A stretch of 64,000 bases of DNA, taken from the NCBI RefSeq assembly GCF_006345805.1, contig NC_043003.1, positions 3,906,001-3,970,000 of the forward strand, written 5' to 3'. Shown piece by piece: positions 1-12,147 of this stretch. The position numbers were made by a program, and so were the translations under genes. The notes under the pieces are model-generated. The model did no database searches. It saw nothing but the letters and a program-made list of their open reading frames with translations, and was not told where the DNA came from. The DNA comes from Octopus sinensis. Its lineage: Eukaryota. Numbering within the stretch: the first letter of the stretch is position 1; every line of letters begins with the position of its first letter.

Positions 1-182
1 TTAGCCCCTCAAACAACACTCCCCTCCTATCTTACAACACACTTTTACTATTTAAACTTATTCGGCTAAATTCTTCAGACTTACTTTTGCTGACTAATTA
101 ATTATATACACTAACTTCTAATTAGTTGGACTTCAGTTTTAAACAACTAATCTGTCATTCTGCTTGTTCCTCCTCTCTCTCT

Positions 183-213
<31 letters not shown>

Positions 214-863
214 CCTCTTCATATATATATCAATCAATCGCTCATTCCCTCTCTCTCTCTCTCTCTCTCCCTCTCTCTCCCTCTCTCTCTCTCTCTCTCC
301 CTCTTTATATATATATATATCCATTAATCGCTCATTCTCTCTCTCTCTCTGACTCAATTTCTCTATAAATGTATCTTCTCCTCCTTCTACCTCTTTCTAC
401 CGCAAATCTATCACACCTCTGCCTCTCTCTCTTTCCCTCTCCTCTTACACATAAAGAGAAATATACTCACACGCATAAACATAGAGAGAGAGAGAGGGGG
501 GGAGAGCAGGAGGAGGAATGGAGAGCAAGCGAGAGAGAGAGAGAGAGAGAGAAGAGAGAAAACAAGAGAACCAGTAGATTTCTGTTTCTTTTGAAGTTGG
601 GACGTGAAACACATTTTTGAAGCTGTTGGGTTGGAGAGTAGAAGGGGGGAGAGAAGGTGTTTTAATGGGAGGGGAGGGTTAGGTGAGAAGTAAAAGACGG
701 GGGATGGGGGGGATCTAGTTGTTCAAATTGAAACAGTTGGGCGCAGCTGTTTGGGCACAGCTGCTTGGGCGCTGATGATTTGACACGGCTGAATGGACAA
801 TCAACATGTTTTAACGACAGAATGTTTTGGTCCTGGAGACAAATACACACACACACACGCATA

Positions 864-905
<42 letters not shown>

Positions 906-1551
906 GAAGTATACGCGTACAGATAGAAGTGGGGAAGAGAGAAATGGAGAGAGGAGCATTTCTATTTATTTAATTGGACACGACTGACATAAATACTTTC
1001 CCTCTGCTCTTACGCATATAAACGGAGATTGAGAGGGAGAGAGAGAGGGGGTAGAAAGAGGAAGGGAGAGACAGAGAAAGAGAGAGAGGAAGGGGAAGAA
1101 AGAGAAAGAGAGAGAGAGGAAGGGAGAGAGAGAGAGAAAAGAAAATGAGAGAGAAGGAAGAAAACGATAGAACCAGCAGAGAAACGTTAAAACGTGTGAT
1201 GTCAAATAAGTCAGCGTCGAATGAGCGACGCCAGATAGGCGGCACCAAAACAGCTACGCCAACACGTCTCGAACCCGTTCATTGTTTACGATTCCGATAG
1301 GGATGTACATCATTCGTGCATCAATCGAATCGTATAAATTTAATAATGGAAAATCAATGTTTCAAATCAGACCAAAAATGTTTCTAGGCTCCTTCGTTTC
1401 AGCAATGAAGTTTTTCAGAAGGATCTTCAAAGCATTTTCACCCAAAATTTTCCCCAAAAATTTTAAGGGGTACGCCTGCAACCCCTGCACCCAATGTTTC
1501 TAAGTCTATGGAAGGAGAATAGTGGGTTTGTGTGTGTGTGTGTGTGTGTGC

Positions 1552-1601
<50 letters not shown>

Positions 1602-1620
1602 ATGTGTGCGTGTGTTATAA

Positions 1621-1980
1621 TCTCTTATATAAAATCCGTTCTGTCTGTCTGTGTGTCTTCTCGGATCTCGGGTATCCTCCATCCGATTGCGCTCAAATTT
1701 GATATGTAGATACCGACGGTATCAGGGCGTGTATAAATCTTGAAAACATTATAAAAATCGATTCCAGGTGAGAATGCGATCGACAAAGCCGTTTTTGTCC
1801 TGCTTTTCTTCTGTTAACCTGTACATAACTGCACCTTCCATTTTTGTTGTTGTTTTTGTACTGCTTAAAGGCACGTTTCTTTCCTGCCAAGCTTACTGTT
1901 TAAACCATGTTTGTGTTCTCCCAGTCAACAGCCTTATCATTTCTGGTACTTTAAACTCTTCGGTTGCATATTTGTGAAAA
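1621..1980 (+). mobile_element. Probable non-autonomous Helitron-like element, 5' portion
   Basis: A|TCTCTTATATAAAA start followed by TCTGTCTGTCTGTGTGTC, the same 5' architecture as the complete Helitrons in this window; no CTAG 3' end found, so the right boundary is approximate. Confidence 0.4.
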
Positions 1981-2372
1981 TAAAATCGTTTTTCTTTGGA
2001 ATAGAAGAAAAGTCTATCTTTATTTCTTCTTTTGCTGGTGTCTCAAATGTAGGTTAAATCGGTGTTTCTCAAAGTGGAGGCATATGGGACGGTCGGATAA
2101 GTTTTGAGAAAATTTGGTTTAAATGTTTGACAACTCAGCACCGTCCATTGGACGGGAAGGGGACGTTTTGCTCGTAGTTGATAAAAGATGAAGGAAGCCG
2201 ATGTAGAGTCCGGGGACGTGTGGGGAGTAGATCCAGTGACTTGAGCAAAGATTTGCGTCTTAATATGGCTTAGAAAGACATTCTAATAAGAGTCGGTAGC
2301 CATGTTGGTGGCTTCACGTGTTGTGCTTCCCAAGAGAGACACAATATGTTTGTTGCGTGGCAGACATTGTAG

Positions 2373-2409
<37 letters not shown>

Positions 2410-3013
2410 GAGAGAGAGAGAGAGTGAGAGACGTACGTAGGGAGGGAGAGAAAGCGAGAAAGAGGAAGGAGAGAGGGGAGGGGAGAGAGAATCGTGCGCA
2501 CACAAAGAGAAAAAGAGAGAGAGACTGGCAAACAAAGGTATGTACATACAGAGAGAGAAACGCAAACACATACACACACACACACACACACAGCGAAAGA
2601 GAGAGAGAAGGGAAAGATAGAGACAAAGAGAAAGAGATACAGAGAGACGGGGGGAGAAAATACCCACAAACACAAACCACACACGCGCACACACACACAC
2701 ACACACACACACGTATTTGCCAGGCAGAGCAACACAAGCGTACGTCATCCCTCAACGCACACAACACCCACACACACATACAGACGTACAATCATACACC
2801 CACGCAATACACCGCATACAAATACACACAGAGTAACCACGTGTCTCGAACTCAACTGCCAACCAGCCGACACACCATCCAACCATCCAGCCAACCAACC
2901 AGTCAGTATTCAGTGGAACTTTACACGAAATCTTCCACTCACTTCAGTCATCTCACACCATCACTCCCGCTCTCACTTCTCTGTCTCTGTCTGTCTGTCT
3001 GTCTCTCTCTCTC

Positions 3014-3069
<56 letters not shown>

Positions 3070-3313
3070 ATACGGAATAAAAGCGCTGAGCAGTGATGTA
3101 TATAAATTCAAACTTGTCTCTACACAAGCAGATTCGAACCCGCAAGACAAAAAAAAGCGATAAATTTCTCGATGTCAAAAGATATTGAAAGGTTTTCTTT
3201 CACGTCCGGATATACCTCAAACATATTTGAGTTGTGTGTGTGTGTGTGTATTTCCCTGCACTTCTCTTCTCTCTCTCTCTCTCACTCTCTCTCTCTCACC
3301 CTCTTTACACACT

Positions 3314-3701
3314 CAGGAAGCACTCCGTCGGTTACGACGACGAGGGTTCCGGTTGATCCGAATCAACGGAACAGCCTGCTTGTGAAATTAACGTGTAAGT
3401 GGCTGAGCACTCCACAGACACGTGTACCCTTAACGTAGTTCTCGGGGATATTCAGCGTGACACAGAGAGTGACAAGGCTGGCCCTTTGAAATACAGGTAC
3501 AACAGAAACAGGAAGTAAGAGTGAGAGAAAATTGTGGCGAAAGAGTACAGCAGAGATCGCCACCAGCCTCCTGCCGGAGCCTCGTGGAGCTTTAGGTGTT
3601 TTCGCTCAATAAACACTCACAACGCCCGATCTGGGAATCGAAACCGCGATCCTACGACCGCGAGTCCGCTGCCCTAACCACTGGGCCATTGCGCCTCCAC
3701 T
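3314..3701 (-). mobile_element. tRNA-derived SINE (family A1), full length with TSD
   Basis: Minus-strand head GTGGAGGCGCAATGGCCCAGTGGTTAGGGCAGCGG...GTTTCGATTCCC (A/B boxes); 14-bp target-site duplication CCTCTTTACACACT at 3300-3313 and 3702-3715; 3' half shared with family A2. Confidence 0.9.
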
Positions 3702-4357
3702 CCTCTTTACACACTAGAGCGGTATTGATAACGATTTGGATTAAAAGCCCAGAGGCTTAACGCCAATCTTAGCGCATGGTTCGACGGGCGGTTGCCTTGG
3801 ACACTTGTGTATTTAGGGCCCATTTCCGATCTATATATGCCGTGGCTAGGGCCCAGTGCCTTGATTTGTCCAGGAATTCATAATGCAGCCAAGACAGACA
3901 TAGTTAACCGTTCGTGTCACGTCTTCGGTGACTTTCTATTCCAGCCGCTGAACAAAATGTCTCTTTTAAGTTCTGAGTTAAAATCTCTCCGGAGGTAGCT
4001 TTATTTTCTTATCTTTTCATGGTTCGATACAATGAGTGCAAGTTAAATCCTGAAGTTTCATTTCATTCCACAGAGTGTCATTTTGTCTCACTAAAATATG
4101 AGTTTGGCCGAATCGTTAAAGCGTCTGAAGAAATGCTTTGCGGAATATCTTTCGACTCTCTGAGTCAAATTCCAACGAGTTTCACTTCGCTTTTCATCTC
4201 TCAAGAATCGATAAAATAAAGTACCAGAGAAATAGTGAGGTCGATGGTATCGCCTAAACCCTTTCCCCGCAAAGTTGTTGGCCTTCTGCCTAAATCAGAA
4301 ACATTTATTATGAGCCAGAGTTTACGTCGCTTAGTTCAAAGTCTACGGAGAACATTG

Positions 4358-4902
4358 GTCTCAAATTTTGGCACAAGGCCAGCAATTTCAGAGGTGGGGC
4401 GAAGTCTATTCCATCGACCCCAGTACGCAGCTGGTACTTAATTTACCGACCACGAAAGGATGAAAGGTAAAGTCGACCTCGGCGGAATTTGAACTCAGAA
4501 CGTAACTTTTTCTAATCTAGGCACAAGGCCCGAAATTTTGGAGGAGGGGAACAGTCAGTTAGATCGATCCCAGTGTGCAACTGGTACTTAATTTATCGAC
4601 CCCAAAAGGATGAAAAGCAAAGTCGACCTCGGCGGAATTTGAACTAAGAACGTAGTGGCAGACGAAATACCTATTTCATTACTACCCACAAGGGGCTAAA
4701 CACAGAGAGGACAAACAAGGACAGACAAAGGGATTAAGTCGATTACATCGACCCCAGTGCGTAACTGGTACTTAATTTATCGACCTCGAATGGATGAAAG
4801 GCAAAGTCGACCTCGGTGGAATTTGAACTCAGAACGTAGCGACAGACGAAACACCGCTAAGCATTTCGCCCGGCGTGCTAACGTTTCTGCCAGCTCGCCG
4901 CC
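4358..4902 (-). mobile_element. Cluster of three nested/adjacent SINE copies (family C)
   Basis: Three copies of the CTGGTACTTAATTTA..GACC..AA.GGATGAAA.G.AAAGTCGACCTCGG.GGAATTTGAACT block; minus-strand head GGCGGCGAGCTGGCAGAAACGTTAGCACG at 4902; central block resembles the conserved Meta-SINE-type domain. Confidence 0.85.
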
Positions 4903-5383
4903 ATAATCTAGGAAAATGTTAACCACAGTAAAGTACACACCGCCTCCATCGTCACATTTAACCGTGACTATAACAGCATCATGATTTTTTTAACAGCACC
5001 GGCACCGCCACCCCTACCACAAACAACAAGATGTTTAACAGTTATACAACCGCCACCAACAGCGACGACAACACTATCACCGCCGCCACCAATGGTACTG
5101 AAATATGTGCAAAAGTCAAAAAAAGGCGACGACTGCTGCTGGCAGCAGCACTTCTGGCGTCCCCGTCGGCACCACTGCCGCACAGTTGTGAGGAGTGTAC
5201 CATTTTACTTGCAAAGAACAATTCTAGCAGAAGTGCAAACGCTGTCTGTTGCGAACTGAACGAAAAATGAAGAAGGTTGACAGCGTTACTCTATGGTAAG
5301 CCGAAAAATGTATGATGGTTGTGCAGAATTCCTGATGACTCCTCGGAATATAAGAGCATCACTCAATGAAAACGTGGCTAGAA

Positions 5384-5512
5384 AGGCGCAGGCGTGGCTG
5401 TGTGGTAAGAAACTGGCTTCCCAACCACATGGTTCCGAGTTCAGTCTTATGCGTGACACCTAATGCTTCGTGAGTGAATTTGGTAGGCAGAAATTGAAAG
5501 AAGCCCGTCGTA
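5384..5512 (+). mobile_element. SINE family B, partial
   Basis: GGCGCAGGCGTGGCTGTGTGGTAAG...CCAACCACATGGTTCC head matching full copies at 30542 and 41873. Confidence 0.75.
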
Positions 5513-5569
5513 TATATATCAATGGTCAGCATATTAAAAAATACCTTTAAAGGTTAAATTTATAAACAA

Positions 5570-5959
5570 TTTACGACCTGAACCTTAGCTTCAAGGTTCG
5601 TCCAAGACTGGGACCACGGGCCATACGTCCCCTGCCTAATTCAAGATCACAGCATACATGTACACTACAACATAATTTCTTTTCCTCAACAGGCCCTGCC
5701 CTATTTAACATTGTCCCGAAAGAGATCAAAGAGGAACAGGATCCCATCAACTTTAAACGGAGTCTGGATAGATTCCTTCAAGGAATACCAGATAAGCCAC
5801 CCATAATTGGATGCAACTCACCCAACAAAAACTCACTACTTAAATGGACCATAAACAAAACTTGACTTAAACAGGATTCAAATAATCCTATCAGGTGGTG
5901 CTATTAAGTTAGACATGGCCTGGACCAATCATTGGTCGAAACATATCTAAGTTTATCTA

Positions 5960-5965
<6 letters not shown>
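5570..5965 (+). mobile_element. LINE (CR1/L2 group) 3' end fragment
   Basis: Reads DLNLSFKVRPRLGPRAIRPLPNSRSQHTCTLQHNFFSSTGPALFNIVPKEIKEEQDPINFKRSLDRFLQGIPDKP, typical of a CR1-group ORF2 C-terminus (FKxxLDxFL); short tandem tail ATCTAAGTTT x2. Confidence 0.75.
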
Positions 5966-5998
<33 letters not shown>

Positions 5999-7701
5999 TA
6001 TATATATAGTTGGAATTTAGAAAAAACAAACAAAGCAAAAGACGAAGACGGGTGTGTAAATAACAAACAGATGTATTAGTTTAACGCTCGGGAAGTGAGA
6101 AAGTATTTTACGTTTCCAGCCTACGATACTGTGAAGATAATAAGGGTAGAAAATTTAGAAAAAATTCATACCAGTGGCTAGCATGCGTAATAAAGTCAAT
6201 AGACAACATATTTTCATATTTAATAGTGTATAAACAATTTAAGTATTTATACACGAAAGAGGTAACCTTTGACAGGACACCTTACATGCTATATATATAT
6301 ATATAATATATATATATATATAATATATATATATAGGCCAAAATTAAGTACCAGTTACGCACTGGGGTCGATATAATCGACTTAACCATATATATATATT
6401 TGTGTGTGTCTGTGTTTGTCCCTCTACTGTGTTTGTCCTTCACGACCGATGTTGGTGTGTTTACATTACCCTATCAGTTTCTAGGTCATGAATGACGTCA
6501 CTGGACCGTAGGGCGCATGCGTTTCTGCGTCGTCAACAACGCATACCCAGTCGTCGATCATCTGGAATGTCCGGAATCACCAACCAGATGTCTGATTCAG
6601 TCTCAACGTGGTCTCTGGTGGTTAGCAGCGCTAGATGAGAATTCTAGTGGTTTATTTACACCCATATTGTCTGCGAGGGGGGGGGATTTCTTTTCTCGAG
6701 AAATGACGGTGCTCTAGCATGGCCGTAGCCTCTCGCCGAAACCGAGAGTAGAACAATAGAATTTCTTCGTGGTCTTTGAAAAAGTTGGAAAATCGTTTAT
6801 AACACGTTTTCTCTCAGTTCCCCTCTGAGCTGCTTCGTCTGGTCCGTCGAAGGCATCGGAACTGTTGGCAGTCAGCTCTGGTCACTGCAAGAATGAAACG
6901 TGTTGTTGTTTAATCTCATCTCAATCCTAAAAGTTGACCCTACGCTCAAACCAGTTCCAACGGTGACCACGTCTTCTTGTATATCAAAAACTATATGGTA
7001 CAATGCATACTTATTTAAGACGGTAGGGTCTGATTCGGGACACGGTCCACTGTTATTATCATAAAACAGGAAGAACACGCTGGACCATATAGACTTACAT
7101 ACACAAAAGGACGGGATGGTCAAATCTGGCACGTCTATGATCATAAGATCACAGGTAGGCTTAGGCACGGCTGTGTGGTAAGAAGTTTGCTTCTTGACCA
7201 CATGGTTCCAGGTTCAACTCTGCAGCGTGGCATCTTGGACAGATGTCTTTCACTAGAGCCCCGAAAAGATGAAAAGTAAAGCCTACCTTAGCGGAATTTG
7301 AACTCAGACGAGTTCAAGACGAGCGAAATACCTTTAAGAATTTTCTCCAGCATGCTAACGGTTCTGCCAGATCGACGCCTTAGAAAGACAAGTAAGGAAA
7401 GTATATGGGCCTGCCAGAAATGTCTTTGTCTCGATGAAGCTGCGGACCCTGCAATTCCACTGCACTCGCCCTGCCAGAAATGTCACGAAACCCAGGGAAG
7501 GGGAAATCTTGCAACCACGCCGACCAATTCGATTTTTTATTAATTTAGGTTTCGAAGTTATCTCCCTTCGTTCTCCAGACAATTATAAAAACTAATCAAT
7601 TTTCTCTTCATTACGAGTGTAAATTGAATTAATTTTATCCTTTGAACACACACACACACACACACACACATTGTTACATGTGTGTGTATGTAACGATATG
7701 T

Positions 7702-7733
<32 letters not shown>

Positions 7734-8255
7734 TATAAAGAGAGAGAGAAACTTATTTTTTTCTTTTCCACTAGTTACAGCTAAAAGTCTGTGGCCAAAC
7801 TGGATCACCATTTAGCACTTTTCTCTTGGTTGCAAACGAGAAACTACCCGAGTTTGTCGTAATTGTTACACCACTCTACCTGACAAAGCCGAATACACTT
7901 TATTCACGCCTGCGTTAACATCACCAGCGTTTTCCTCCTCCCCACCTCTCTCTGTCTGTGCCTGTCCGCCTGTCTCCCTGTCTCTCCTCTCTCTATATTT
8001 ATATGTATATTGATAGTGAGAGAGTGGGGTAGATGGTATTGTTGCAGAACAATTTTTGAGGAATTAAATGTTTTTGAAAAGCTCTTTTCTCCTCTCATAA
8101 TTATTATCTATCTATCTATATCTATCTATCTATCTCTTTGTGTGTTTATGCATATACATTTGTCGTTCCCATCTCTCTCTTATTCTCTCTCTATTTCTCT
8201 CACTGTGTATATGTGTGCGTGCTTGTATATGTGTGTGTATATATATATATATGCT

Positions 8256-8338
<83 letters not shown>

Positions 8339-8941
8339 AAATATGTATATATATATATATACATATAAATATGTATATAAAATAATCGCATATTCATGTG
8401 CATGTACGCACATACATATATTATATATGTATAATATACACGCACACACACACATACAAACATATATAAATGTATAAACACATTCACACACACATTTATG
8501 CATGCATAAATACACACGTGTATATATTCACCTTCACCCCCCTCATTCTCTCTACTTCCTTTCATTGACTTACCTCCTATTATCCTCCCCCTCTGTCTTT
8601 GCATATATACACCTCTATATCCCACTCCTCCCACACCTCTACTCATGCTCCACAACGTTGCTACCACATCTACTGCATTATCCCCCCCTTCCTCTAGAAC
8701 CCGCTGCAGTTGGTCCCTACCCGTAACCCCTGTATCAGCCCCTAAAGGACACCAAAACATGCAGCAGCGGGAACTTTAAACGTTTTCTGGGTGTTGTCAG
8801 TGAAATATTTAGCAGCAATATCAACAATATTTACGGATTTGGTGAAGACATTTTGTCTGTCGTGCGGCATGTAACATCATGCAATATGGTGGCAGCAATA
8901 GGCGATGGTGGGAGGGCTGTGATGGTGGTGATCACGACGAT

Positions 8942-8950
8942 GTAGTAGTG

Positions 8951-8992
<42 letters not shown>

Positions 8993-9021
8993 ATGGTAGT
9001 AGTAGTAGTAGCAGCAGCAGC

Positions 9022-9061
<40 letters not shown>

Positions 9062-9098
9062 ATTGTGGTGGTTGTAGTAGTAGTAATGGTAGTAGTAT

Positions 9099-9132
<34 letters not shown>

Positions 9133-9157
9133 GGTAGTGGTGGTAGTAGTATTAGTG

Positions 9158-9189
<32 letters not shown>

Positions 9190-9300
9190 GGTAGTGGTGG
9201 TAGTAGTAGTAGTGGTGGTTGTGGTGGTAGTAGTAATAGTAGTGGTAGTAGTAGTGGCAGTAGTAGTAGTGGTAGTAGTAGTAGTAGTAGTAGTGGTGGT
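8942..9300. repeat. (GTA/GTG)n trinucleotide microsatellite
   Basis: Direct reading; source of the poly-Val/poly-Thr ORFs. Confidence 0.95.
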
Positions 9301-9960
9301 CATTACTGCATTTCAGCATGCCGAAATTTATCGGCTTCGTATACATCACGCGCACGTGCGCACACATACACATACACACACAAACTCACACATGCATCAT
9401 GCACACGCGCGCACACACACGCGCACACACACACATACACACATGAGTCTCGTTCGATAAAACAGCATCCGGTCAAACGGGTTCGTCGACCCTATCTCTA
9501 AAAACCTCCATATTGTTCTCAATCCTTTATATTTACGAATGATTTCAGTTATCGACAGATCGAATTCCCTTCCATCGATCTATTGATATTTCTTCGAACC
9601 ACTCGACGACTGATAAATTAAGATCCTATAAGATAAATGGAGCACTTAAAGTTAAAAATAAAAGAACCCGAAATATTTCCATTAGCTCCACCTTTCTCAC
9701 TTATTTCGTGTCGGTCTACATTCGGGGTCGGGCAACAGAATTACCCTTATGATCTTTGAAAGTAATGTAGGGTTCACCAAACGCTAAAATTTTTACTCTT
9801 TTGCTTATTTTCTTTTTAACTAGTTGCTATGTTTCTGGATTCTAAATGAACACTATGGTAAGTCCAGCGAGTGTGTATGTGTGTGTAATAACAATACCCT
9901 TGGATGAAATTTATAAACATTTAATGCATACGAGGATACAAGTCGCTTTAAGCATATATA

Positions 9961-10028
<68 letters not shown>

Positions 10029-10174
10029 ATTATTTGAGGGATATTATTCCTAACTTACAGGGAAAAATTCAATTTAGAAATACTAAATCAAATTTCACAA
10101 AATATAATATATATATAAAAGTTAGAAAAAACCCACCTTTTATCAATTCAAAATGAATTATTAAATTACACCAT

Positions 10175-10688
10175 CTAGAAAATCGCCCGGCGTTGCTCGG
10201 GTTTGTAAGGGAAATAACTATATAAGCATTTTTAGAGAGTTACTTCCCTTATAGATGCCAATTCGGGCTTTCTTAGCCATTTCTGTTTTGGTGTCTTCAA
10301 GCCATGAAGTCGTTGTTCTAAAAGAACGCTGGTCTCCTTGACAACGCTTTACGACGTTGATTTCCTTACACTCCCTTCCCCACAGCTTCACGAGGGAGGG
10401 AAGAAGGGGGAGAAGCAAACAGGTGCAGGTGTGACCATGGACGCCAACTCCGCCGCCATCGACACACGATGCATTTTATGCATTAAAATGGAATAAAAAA
10501 TTATGTTAAATTATTTTTAAAATCGTAGACTCATCGTAGACGCGCGCTAATAGCCAGACGGGCTCGATATGAATCACGACTATAAAATACCCGAATTTGG
10601 TTAAACTGCACAGCAAAATGTGGGAGTAGTTAGGAATCTAAATCGAAGGGGACAGACACTCACACAACTACAGTTTTATATATATAGA
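10175..10688 (-). mobile_element. Non-autonomous Helitron (subfamily 1)
   Basis: Reverse complement of 10865-11370; 5' TC(TATATATATAAAA), 3' hairpin CCCGAGCAACGCCGGG then CTAG. Confidence 0.9.
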
Positions 10689-10757
10689 TTTATGTTATTA
10701 TGTGATTGAACGCCATGCATCCATTTCTAAGTAAGTTTATCTATCTATCTATCTATC

Positions 10758-10815
<58 letters not shown>

Positions 10816-10819
10816 ATGT

Positions 10820-10864
<45 letters not shown>

Positions 10865-10865
<1 letters not shown>

Positions 10866-11370
10866 CTATATATATAAAACTCTAGTTGTGTGAGTGTCTG
10901 TCCCCTTCGATTTAGATTCCTAACTCCTCCCACATTTTGCGGTGCAGTTTAACCAAATTCGGGTATCTTATAGTCGTGATTCATATCGAGCCCGTCTGAC
11001 TATTAGCGCGCCTCAACGATGAGTCTACGATTTTAAAAATAATTTAACATCATTTTTTATTCCATTTTAATGCATAAAATGCATCGTGTGTCGATGGCGG
11101 TGGAGTTGGCGTCCACGCTCACAGCTGCACCTGTTTGCTTCTCCCCCTTCCCTCCCTCGTGAAGCTGTGGGGAAGGGAGTGTAAGGAAATCAACGTCGTA
11201 ATGCGTTGTGAAGGAAACCAGCGTTCTTTTAGAACAACGACTTCATGGCTTGAAGACACCAAAACAAAAATGGCTAAGAAAGCCCGAATTTATAAGGGAA
11301 GTAACTCTCTAAAAATGCTTATATAGTTATTTCCCTTACAAACCCGAGCAACGCCGGGCGATACTGCTAG
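10865..11370 (+). mobile_element. Non-autonomous Helitron (subfamily 1)
   Basis: A|TC...CTAG|T termini, no TSD, GC-rich subterminal hairpin CCCGAGCAACGCCGGG about 12 nt before the end. Confidence 0.92.
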
Positions 11371-11535
11371 TATATATATAAAGTATAAGGAAAGGACAAT
11401 ATATAGGTGTAGACGATCTTTAATTCAAATCCAGGTTGGTACAAATCCGATATAAATTCCACAAATTGTTTCGGACTCTAAGTAATTCCAAAGACAAAAA
11501 CGAAAAACCCTTCTTGAAATACAGATTAGATGTAT

Positions 11536-11581
<46 letters not shown>

Positions 11582-12147
11582 GTTCATCCGGATACTACTG
11601 AAATTTCTTTTCACCCTGTAACCGCCGCCTGTGTTCAGGGTCAAAGCTGGAGACTTCTGGTAGCCCCTCTACCTGTCTCCCTTGCTTCTTTCCCTGTCAC
11701 TCCTGGACTCCTGAAGAAAGTGCGATGTCACAGATGCTGGGGTCCTGGTTTGCTGAACAGCCTGTATGGTGGATATTGTTATAGGGGTTTGCCGGGTTTG
11801 TGCAAGGTCACTCTTGCTCTTTCGTACCTCCAAACTTGCATTGATCTGCTGCAATAAGTGCCACGAGCTCTGTACAGGCAGCTTCATTTATCACTGATTC
11901 ATTCAACACTGGTCCGTTGAAAGCACAGTACGCTCCATTGTGAACCGCGTTATTATTATCACGGACTTATCTGTGATAACACGGGTCGGCAATCAATTAG
12001 GGATTCTCTTTATACCACAAAAATGCTCCCCACTAACCACCCACAATGCTCAGTTACCCAGAATGCACTGACTGCCCTTTGCGTTTACACGGTTCTGTTG
12101 AAAATCTGATGTTTTAAATACCGATTTACGGGCTCGTACGCCTCAGC

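Noticed and set aside
1229-1246. CGCCAGATAGGCGGCAC as a CTCF site
   Set aside because: Spacing is one base off the CTCF core; cannot be supported without motif scoring
126-3096. Many 60-220 aa ORFs (SLSL, RERE, THTH, CVCV)
   Set aside because: Translations of (CT)n/(CA)n microsatellites; the same applies to ORFs at 8010-9460, 15602-18626, 29412-29903, 53993-54364 and 57746-59423
11580-11872. Complex GC-balanced segment with short ORFs on both strands
   Set aside because: No recognisable domain or convincing splice-site pair; probably an old repeat remnant
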